Assembly (NCBI GenBank): GCA_951406725.2
Contig: OX597815.1
Span: 111,662,001 to 111,726,000 of the forward strand
Source of the DNA: Octopus vulgaris
Taxonomy: Eukaryota
Direction of reading: 5' to 3'
Length of the DNA stretch: 64,000 bases
This document shows positions 53,684 through 64,000 of the stretch, one piece after another. Numbering within the stretch: position 1 is the first letter of the stretch; each line of letters begins with the position of its first letter. Position numbers and translations under genes: made by a program. The notes below the pieces were generated by a model. It made no database searches. It was not told where the DNA came from and saw only the letters and a list, made by a program, of their open reading frames with translations.

Positions 53684-56600
53684 CTATGTTTGACTTTTGC
53701 TTTATATTTGTACAAGTTGGCTCCAAGTCTCACCCAGAGACCTCAAGAGACAACAGGGTTGGAAGTTCATGTTGTTGTTATGCCTAGTGTGCCATATATT
53801 TGGGGGGTGGGGATGTTGTACTAATGAATGTCTAAAAAAAAAAGTTTTTTTTTTTTTTTTTTTTTTTTTAAACCGAAAATTATGGTTGTTTTAAACCTTG
53901 AGGTTACATAGAGAGTATTTTGCGTAGGATATGAGCAGTTCCCATGAGCACTATCTTTTGAACTTCTGCCATTTTTGGGTTTCCTGGTATCTGAGTTAGG
54001 TAGCTATCAGCCCCTTTTGCTATCATTCCCAGGGCACCTATGACAACAGGTATTGTTTTAGTCTTCAGCTTCCACATTTTGCTGATTTCTATTTCAAGAT
54101 CTTTATATTTGCTCAGTTTTTGGTAGGTCCTGACATATACGTTTATATCGATTGGGACAGTCATATCAATGAGGAGGCATGTTCTTTGTTTGAAGTCTTT
54201 CAATATGATGTCTGGCCTATTTGCATCTATCTTCCTGTCAGTTTGAATGGTGAAGTTCCAGAGGAGTGAGATGTGGTCATTTTCAAGCACTGGGGGTGGT
54301 TTGTGTTCCCACCAGTTTTTTTTCATGGGGCAAATCCAGGTTTTTACAGATTACCCAGTGAATATATTGTGCAGCTCTATCGTGCCTGTTGAGATACTCT
54401 GTAGGCGCTAGAAGACTGCACTTGGAGACCACATGGTCAATGGTTTCATTTTGTTGCTTGCATACACGACACGTTGGACTGCTTCTGATCTTTAATATGT
54501 TGGCCTGGTAGTTTCTTGTTGGTAGGCATTGATCTTGAGCTGCTATGATAAACCCCTCTGTTTCAGATTTTAAGCCAGAGGCCATTAGCCATTGATGGGT
54601 CAGGGCTTTGTCGATATCTGCATTATTCGCTCTCTTTGGGTATTTGCCATAGAGAGGTTTTTCTTGCCATTTATTATTCAGAATATCTAAGGCCGCAGTT
54701 TTGGCACGGGTTTTCATGCGCCTAGCTTTTTCTGTGCTTGTTTCTTGTATGTCTATCTCTAATTCCGAAATTGGTTGTATTCGGAATTCACTTAGATATT
54801 CCTTTGCCTGTTTTGTGACTGAGTATGATGCTTTCTTGTTTTCATGTTTTGAGACAAGTTTTAACATCCAGTCCTCAGAGTTTTTCAGGTAGGTGTCTAG
54901 GCCAATTGTAGCAATCTTCATTGTTATTGCCAGTTGCAAAAGACCACGGCCTCCCTCTTTTCTTGGCAGATAGAGTCGTTCTGTATCTGCCTTAGGGTGG
55001 TGCATTCTATGCATTGTCAACAGTTTCCTTATTTTTCTGTCGAGCTGACATATTTCAGTAATTGACCAGTTAACAATATTGAAACTGTAAGTCACGACTG
55101 GTATAGCTAATGCATTGATTGCTTCGATCCTGTTTCTTGCATTCAGCTCTGTCTTGAGTATTGCTCTCACTCTTCGATAGCATTCTCTCCTGATCCTTTC
55201 CTTCATCTCTGAATGCCTTATTCCGTTCCCTTCAATTACCCCTAGGTACTTGTAGCTCTCCGCTGGGTCTAGTTCTTTTATGACATTCTGTTGGTCAAGG
55301 TTAACGTTAGATGTTTCTGTCATTTTTCCTTTGATAAAGGTAGCCTTTGCACATTTATCGAGGCCGAATTGCATTCTGATGTCGTCACTGAATTGTTTGA
55401 CTATCGCTAGTAAGCCCTTGAGTTGTTGATCATTTTTTGCAAAAAGCTTTAAATCATCCATGTAAACGAGATGATTTATATTTTTATCAAACATTTTATA
55501 CCCGTACTGCGCGTCATTGAGCAGCTTTGAGAGAGGTATTAAGGATAAACAAAAGAGGAGTGGTGACAGTGAGTCACCCTGGAAAATGCCACACGAAATT
55601 TTTACATCACCAGCATTTAGGGATTCACTGTCACTGTTCAGAGTTAGTGTGGTTCTCCATGATCTCATACTTACTGTCAAGAAGTTTCGCAGAGTTGGTG
55701 CTATCTTATACATTTCAAGGCATTTCCTAATCCAGCTATGTGGTAGGCTATCAAAAGCCTTTTTATAGTCTATCCAGGCTATTGATAAGTTTTTGTGTCG
55801 TTTGTGACAATCTTCTAAGATCATCTTATTGATGAGTAGTTGGTCTTTACAGCCGTAGGATCCACGTTTACATCCTTTCTGTTCATTAGGGAATATGCTG
55901 CTGTCTGTTAAAAAACTATAGGTATATTCCGTCAGGACAGATGTTAGTGTTTTGTACATAGTTGTTAAGCAGGTTATGGGTCTATAGTTTTTTGGTTCAT
56001 TTGTTTCTTCACTTTTTGGAAGCAGGAATGTTAACCCATTAACTAGCCAAGGAGGCATCCTACTAGGGTGTTGCAAAACATCATTGTACAGTTCTGTTAG
56101 CAGTTCATGGCTCTCTGGGAAGGCATTCAGCCAGAAGTTAGGAATTTTATCCTTTCCTGGAGACTTCCATTTGCTTGACCTCCTGAGAGCAGATCTTATA
56201 TCTTCTACCTTGACACCCTCCCACTTTTGCTCTTCTAAGGGGTCCAGTTCTGTAGATATTCTGTCAATCCAGGGGGCCTTTTCGTTGTGTGTTTTTTCTT
56301 CTGCCCAGATTTTATTCCAAAATCTCTGCACTTCTTCTTTTGATGGTACAGACCCTGCAGTAAACGCTGTTTTTCCTATCTTCCTGTAAAAATTCTTGGT
56401 GTTATTTTTGAACATGTTGTTGTCCTTGAAAAATCTAACACGCTTTTCATACCTCGCTATGCGGGCAGCTTTGGCAGATACCTTTTGTTTGATGGTTTCT
56501 ATGGTGGCATCAATATCAAGTATAGTTTTCATATTGTATTTTTTCAGTAATTTTTGGGTTTTTGTAGGTTTGGTAGTCTTGTGAGCCTTAAGGTTTTTCA

Positions 56601-57723
56601 AATATTCAATGTCAGATCTAAATACTTTAATTTGTTGTTGCAGACGCTCTTGCCAAGAAGGCTTTTTGTGGGACTGTTGCCGTTTTCTAATCTTTACACC
56701 ACATAGGATCGTTGAGATTTTCGCGGATGCATAGTATAAGTGGTTGAGGTTTGTGATATCAACATCATTAACTGAAATTATATCCTTAAGTGCAAGCCGG
56801 ATTTTACCAATTATTTTCATGTTTTGGTTAGAGTTGCGGATTTTAGGAAGTGTATCACGCTCATCCATGCTGGTTTCTTTAATTTTCAGCCATTCAATCA
56901 TGATTTGATTTTTTAGCTCATGTAGTTCTGTTGGGTCAATATTTGTGTGACTTTCTTTATCTATTTGATGCTCATCTGTCTTAGTGTTTATGATTGGTTC
57001 AGGGCGTATTTCACTTTGCCTATCACTTATACTAACTCTTTCAATCCTCTCTTCGTTTTTATCCGCCCTGGGCTGGTCTATAATCATTTCCTCTGTATTA
57101 TCTTCTCTAGCTGCAGCTTCGTTCATTTTATCCGATATTGCTTGTCTAACCTGATCAATCTCTACTTCAGTCAGTAATTTCTTTTTTATAATGTTTCTTC
57201 TAACATTGGCAAGCTTGTTACTGTCTATGTAGGGTCTTACTTCAGGGTGTTTCTGTCTCCAGTTTAAGTATGCTTGTACAGTGCTAGACTTATCTGTGGG
57301 GAAATATATGGCATGGTAGAAGGCCTCAAGAACTTCTTTATTATCTTCCCTAGACCATTTTTCCTTCTTTTTCTTTTGATTATTTGGTGATGAGCATGGA
57401 TGGCCATCTGTTGGAATATTCCGGTTGTGGGGTTCGTCCAGCTCCTGTGTGTTGGGAAGATTTGATCCAGTAACTGATTTTTCAATCAGGATTTGGTTCA
57501 ATTTTCGGGTACGTGGTCTTTTGTAATCCGCGCAATGACCAATGCGGTTTATTGTTTGATTTGTTGACCTTGAAGCATGACGAGCATCCATTCTTATATT
57601 AGGAGATGGATCTGTCAGTTTAGGGTTCACTACATGTAAGCATTGCTCATAGCGCCGCTTCTTAAGACTAGCAGATCTATATTCGTCTGTATTTTTTTTG
57701 TTGATAGTTTTATCTCCGGACAT
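53684..57723 (-). mobile_element. Near-intact R4/Dong-clade RLE non-LTR retrotransposon ending in (TAA)n
   Basis: Long ORF plus 220-nt 3' UTR abutting (TAA)n at 53660-53683; the true 5' end may extend to about 57850. Confidence 0.95.
53904..57723 (-). CDS. RT / zinc knuckle / restriction-like endonuclease polyprotein; one +1 frameshift in the A8 run at 54316-54323 (1272 aa if corrected)
   Basis: KWSREDN N-terminal motif, WKSPGKD, NYRPITCL, WIDYKKAFDS, GIFQGDSLSPLLF, YMDD, CRVC..ETIDHVVSKC, RHD, then NRPDIILKD..LIDMTVP..KLSKYKDL in the +1 frame. Confidence 0.92.
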
Positions 57724-58607
57724 TTTTTTTTTTCCTCCTTTCCTCCTCTTCCTTTCTTCAAGGCTTACTGTGTCTGTATTAGTTCGAAATAATGAGAATA
57801 AAATACGGAGAAGGAAACGAAAAGAAAGGGAAAAAGACGGGATCTGTCAGTTATTATTGTTATTACTATCATCTTCACCACCATCACCATCATCATCTTC
57901 AATGTGTAGCCACAGCCACCATCAACACTCCATTGTGTTGGAGAATGGGTGGTTAAAGAATTCATGTTCTTTGGGTCTATAAATAGCCACGGTAGATGGT
58001 GGAGACAAAGGACGTTAATGGTCAGTAAAAGGTCAAACCTGTTTACGTTTATTTATTTATTTATTTATTTATTTATTTTTTTCCTTTCTCTTTTCTTCTT
58101 CACCACATGCATATGTATATGTATATATATGTATATTCACTCACACATATTATCTGATGTTTTCGTCGAAGATTTTTTTTTTCTTCTTTTTTTTAAATAA
58201 CTTTCTGAGTTCAATGTTATGTATATATTTTTAAATTTCTGAATTCAGTTGTATGTATATAGTAGTAGGTGCTTAATTCCATAACTTTTTATCGTGCATT
58301 TAATTGTGTTGTTACAATAAAAGGTAATTTAAAAGGCAATTTTACACATTCTTATAGTCATGAGAGACGACTAAATGTAAATGTTCACACAGAATTGGAG
58401 ATATGTATGTTTCTAATTTTTCTTGTTAGGTGTACGTTTGTATGAGCTGTAGATATGTAAGTTTTTTTTTTTACTTATTTTGAGGGTAATTCAAATTACT
58501 TACAGAAAACAGTAGATCTTCCAGTTTTCTACAGTTGACCTGCTGGGTTCGCTGTTGCCAGTTCAGAGCATCGTAAAAATACGTCCATCCTCTGTCACGT
58601 CCAGCCG

Positions 58608-58614
58608 CCTTCTT

Positions 58615-58694
<80 letters not shown>

Positions 58695-58732
58695 CATTAT
58701 TATTATTATTATTATTACTACTATTATTATTA

Positions 58733-58763
<31 letters not shown>

Positions 58764-58789
58764 CATCATCATTATCATTATCATTATTA

Positions 58790-58839
<50 letters not shown>

Positions 58840-58840
58840 G
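58608..58840. repeat. (TTC)n/(TTA)n compound microsatellite
   Basis: Seen directly. Confidence 0.95.
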
Positions 58841-59170
58841 CATGCTTGACAAAATGCTCTACACAATTTCATCCGAGTCGAAATCCGATCCAGTTCGATT
58901 TCACCTTTCACTTTTGGGTGATTCGATTAAATAAGTACCAGTACAGTACTGTGATCAATGTAATAGACTAACCTCCGCCTTCATATTTTCCTATATTGGG
59001 AAGAAATATGATTACGATGATGTCGGCCATTGAGCTGGTAGAATCCTTAGCATGCTGGATGTCTTTACGGTCTGAGATCAAATGCTACAGAGGTCGATTT
59101 TGCTGTTTTGTCCCGTCGTATTCGATATAATTGTACCAGTTGACCTCCACTCCCATCAAAAACTCCTTCC
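58841..59170 (+). mobile_element. Two degraded family-A SINE copies
   Basis: aaataagtaccagt..gatcaatgtaatagactaacc (58930-58975); gagctggtagaatccttagcatgc..gaggtcgattttgc (59032-59105). Confidence 0.65.
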
Positions 59171-59679
59171 CTTTGACGAAATATGTAACTATTGTGATTA
59201 TGATGTAATGCAAGCATATTCAAGCGTGTTTTTAAATCGCTGCTCGCGATTTCAGGTTGTTGCAAGTTGCGGGAATTTTATTTTGCTTTTTGTTTTTGCT
59301 TTTGGTTTGTGCGATTTGCATGTCTCTATTATTTTTTTTCAATAATACTGTTTTCACACTAAAATAAATCCCTAAGACAGTGCAGCTCGGACACCGACTT
59401 CAAAAAGTAATATCTAGAACACTAGACTAAAATAGTTCCTAGCCAATATAAATGAAAATACTAACAAGGAGAGTGTAGGAAATGAAAACAGAAATTATTG
59501 TGCTCCAACAAACGTTCTTAGCATTGCATACATTATGTTTAATAATTAATTAATAACAAAATCATGTTCACAAAGATAACAACAATATGCATCTACTTTA
59601 TCAAAACTCAGACTGAGTACTATTCAAGCATTCGCTGATGTGATTTGCGAACGTTTGAAAACAACGTTGATATATGAGT

Positions 59680-59681
59680 AA

Positions 59682-59766
<85 letters not shown>
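59680..59766. repeat. (TA)n(GA)n microsatellite
   Basis: Seen directly. Confidence 0.95.
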
Positions 59767-59767
<1 letters not shown>

Positions 59768-62700
59768 AAATACATAAATACTATATATAAATACATATAT
59801 ATAAGCGTAATACATATAAGAGTAAATACATAAATGCTAAATTCTGTGGTAGAAGAGAACGGATAATTCATTGCATTGTTATTTTGTTTATTTTATCTAT
59901 ATTTGTATGTGTGGGGGAGTTACAGATTTAAGATAACACTAAGAACTATTACTTACGAAGCAATTTACTAGTAAGTATTCCATAGACAATTCCCTATTTA
60001 CTACAAGAAGCATTGAAAGTGGAATTCCTTAAATCTGTACTCTAAAAGTATACTTCAATGTTTGCAACGTTTATGACAAACAAGTTTAAGTCTGAGGGAA
60101 TCCAGATCACAAACGCGAACTATTATGGACGAATGTTCAGTAAATATACACTTTGTCACATATATTTGTTGAATAACAAATTTGTGCAACTACAGAATTA
60201 TAGGTCAAATATTCTGAATTCATTTACCCTACAATTATTTACACAACAATGGACTAACCTTCATTGAAATGTGACAGTACAAATGTAATATTGTACTTTC
60301 CGTTCACAAGCAAATAGTATTAAAATGTCATAGTAGAATGTAATATGCTTCCATAACCTACAGACTAATTGATACAGAATGACAGTTCTCTTTTTTTTGT
60401 TTGTCTTCAGACATTATTGCTGCTGCTGCTGCTGCTGCTGCTGCTACATAGAGTGTATGTGCAATTGGTGATTGTATTTGTAAGCGTTGAATTAGAATTT
60501 ACAATTGAGTATATATTTGTGCATTATCAAATATCTAACACTTCTGGAGCCTAATATAAATATATATGTTTAATAGTGTCTTGCATTATGAAAACTGAGA
60601 CATTTTCTAAATTGATTTTTTTATTGAATTGCTTCTAAAACGACGGAGGAAACAATATATAAACACATTATCGAGAATCTGGATATTTACAATGAGATAA
60701 ATGAGACAACGAAGATGAAATTGAAAAATGTTAAGTATTAGAGTAAGATTAACAAACACAGAGGATCTATCAAAGAACCTCTCAGTCCTCTATTCTATTG
60801 ACTTTTAATGGTTAAGTTGGATCTCCAAGCTCTCTTTAACCGACCTACGAGTGTTGAGTGTAGAAGAATTCAAAAGTTCCATATTCACTGTTCCTTTCTA
60901 GTTTTGATAAATTTATTCCGCAACATTTTGCCGTCTACACACACTGTCATCTCTACGTGAAATTAGAAAGACAGCTTTTTACACAAATTTTTTATCATCA
61001 TTGACATCATTCAGAAGAAAACTGTCAAGAATCTCAGTGCACAAGGAAAGTGGTTCCATTCTACGCAGGACATATCTAAAATAGAAAACTCTACATATCA
61101 TTTATACCCGGAAAATAAATGTAACTATACAGAACAGTTTCGTATCATTGCGCTTATCTCGAAAACCTCAGCTGATGACACTTCTGAACCAGATTTTTTG
61201 GAACTGGTACGGTTCCTCCGTAGTACTGCCAGGTGACAATGTTCTGCAATTTTCTCACATCTATCAGATCGAAACTCTAGAGCAATCTAGCCTGTTGTTT
61301 CTCGTTAGCATATAACTAAAAATGTCGTCACATTTCTCCACAACGAGTTCCGTTAGAATGCTATTGTGGAAATTCTCCAGACTATTCTACGCTATTGATA
61401 AAGCGTTGTTAGCACTAAAAGATATCTCAGACAACAGGTAACTAATTTTACCTGTGACACTTCCCCAGAATGTATATCCATCTAAAAAATGAACTGTACA
61501 AAACGTGTGTGGCCAACAGAAAAAAGGGGGTTGGTGAAAGCTCTCAGACGTGTGCGAGTTGAATACTTCCCATCCACAAAAGCTGAAGCTGCAGGCCTTC
61601 AAATACGGCCAGAAAAAAACCTGTAGCGGCGCATGATCTTATCTCTAATTGTGCAGATTGTAAGCTGTCATCATATTGCTTTTGAGCGCAGTTACATACC
61701 TCGATCTCCGTGCACTTTGCCGATTTACAGTGGCATTGTCTGCAGAAGATATCTCCATTTCCTGTAAAGCATACTAAACGAGATACCCCTTGTTTATTAC
61801 AGTCTCTGCTATGGAACCTCTAGATTCAGTATACACAGGAAACACGTTCCTGTGTATAGATTTTATTAGGACAGCGTTTTATTGCACGGACTGAACGGAA
61901 GTTGAGACATTTGTGCGTTTTCTTTTCATTTACATGAGAGACGTTCATTAAGATATTTGCTGAGTGAAGATTCTCACGAATTTGAAGGAACAGGGATTAA
62001 TTATAAATATCATCAAACTCTCATCATTCTCATTAAAAGTGAATGTGAAGATATTAAATATATTTTTCAACTAGGAAAAACATTCATATAAAGGGAAATA
62101 AAACACGAAGGACGCAACATGAAAAGCATAACACAAAGGATGGACACGGGAGGAAACACGAATAGTATTCATATCAATATAAACATGCTGGTGGCATATG
62201 AGAATCTTACGCAACATTTACTAACAAAAGCATGACAAAAAACAGTACACATTTCGCAGAAGAACGCAGTATATGGATAAATTATAAGCAGATTTTACAG
62301 CAACATTGAAAAAGAAAATACACAAATGAAACACAAGCTCCGCCATCAACTTTAACGGACAATTAAGAATACTGTAAAAGAATATTGAACAAAAATATTC
62401 AGCATAATAAATATGCATAGTAGAATAAAATGTTAGGGAAAATGTCATCACAGGCATGTTCCACAATGCCCAACACATTCAGAATTGTCTGCAAAACAAC
62501 CATAGAGTTGAGAATGTTGACAATTTCTATGAAACACCAGAATAATAGTCATGATTGTTTGACGACATTTTTCAAAGGTATGGGAGATGACATAGGGAAA
62601 CAGAAAATCCATTCAAAAATCAAATATATTAAATGCCCAGATGTCTATTAGCCGGTAGCATTTTCGGAAAGAATATACAAAGCTCATACTCCTCATCTTT

Positions 62701-64000
62701 CTGGTTAGTTATCTACACAGTAATAACAGATTGCCAAGGGATCAGAAGGGATGATGGAAGATTAGATGTGATTATAAAGGACAAGAGCTGATAAATGAGA
62801 TCTTTTCAGAAGACGACAAAAGGAGAAGGAAGACATTGATAGCCTTTCAATATATACAATAGCTTACACAGTATTGCTTAGAGATATGCTGCTGTATAAA
62901 TTCCATTCATACTACTTTTGAATAAATAGTAATATCACCTTTTCATTGCCACATCTTTGGAACACTCTTAAAAACTCTAGTCAGCAACTTCCCAACACAA
63001 TTCATTTCTATTCTTGCTCCTTCAGTTTGATACATTGTCATATATTTTAAGTTCTGTATTCCTTTCTGATGGTTTTCAAAGAACTAATGTAGTTAGTTCC
63101 CCCTCTATTGTAAATATCTTGTATTACAGAAGATTGATTCAGTTTCAAGTTAGGAAGTTGCTCGCTCACAAATTTTATGTTACATTATATTATATTGTTT
63201 TTTTCCCTCACTTTCTTAGTAATGTTTAATCTAGACATGTACGTGCTCTTGATTTCTTCGGTAAATAATTGTTTTTACTTGTAATCAGTTTTCATATTTC
63301 TAAAAGTATTTGAGCTACAATAATTGCTTGGAAAGCAGCTGCATTTGTTGCCAGGTGACATTGTATTTTTTCCTTGTTTAGATTTCCATCTTCCTTCCTT
63401 CACTTCCTCTCTTTGCCTTTCTATTTCGCTACTCCATTTATATCCCACTAACTCTTCAGTCTTAACTTGCTCAACAGATTATGCTATCTGGCTACTTATT
63501 TGTCATCTTCCTCATTTAAATCTGATGAAAGCTATGAAGCGGAAAATGTTGCCTTTTCAAACAATGCTCACAGAATTAGGGCAGGAATACTGAACCCAAT
63601 GATATATTTAACGTGACAATAACCTCATTGGATAGTAGTGATAATCTAATCGGCATGTGCGTATTACAGAGTCTTAAAAGAAATTCCCTTATTAAAATAT
63701 AGGATTGTGCTAGGAGGAGGCAGTTGGTATTCCACTGGACTGTCATGGCCACATATTTCGCAACGGTAGAAACAATATGGGAGTAAATATTACTGTAGAT
63801 ATTAATTTAACTAATATTTACTTTCCAGATGTCTTTCTCCTAACAAATAGCATTTCGTGAATTTAGATATTTACGAGAAGAGATTGTTAGCAGAAAATGG
63901 ATTAAGTTATGCAAGAATTTCATAGATTCCAGCCTCTTACTCTCAAAGTCAATATTCTTTTTAAATAATACTCCTAGATAAGCATTTCCCCAACAAACTA

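Noticed and set aside
54310-54326. Programmed -1 frameshift at the A-rich run (AAAAAAC) in the Dong ORF
   Set aside because: The downstream RLE ORF is in the +1 frame, and R4/Dong elements have a single ORF; a homopolymer indel explains it

Overview
AT-rich eukaryotic non-genic DNA with no host exon, rRNA, true tRNA gene or CRISPR that I can support. The microsatellite density and the SINE families suggest an octopus (coleoid cephalopod) genome; this is an inference from recalled repeat families, not a database match. The window is mostly transposable elements. It holds one near-intact R4/Dong-type RLE retrotransposon (53684-57723, minus strand, broken only by one extra A in a homopolymer) and about six decayed Dong fragments. 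It also holds a Penelope-like element and a solo pseudo-LTR with minimal hammerhead-like motifs, an internally deleted Helitron with both termini, a HERO-like and a Tx1/L1-like LINE 3' end, six Tc1/mariner relics, MITEs and several tRNA-SINE families. Most ORFs in the supplied track are microsatellite translation artefacts. The main leads are: (1) a (TAA)n-targeted cluster with an apparently intact Dong element and a ~556-bp non-coding element present twice between TAA arrays; (2) a SINE whose 3' tail matches the Tx1-like LINE tail; (3) non-canonical hammerhead cores in the Penelope pseudo-LTRs.
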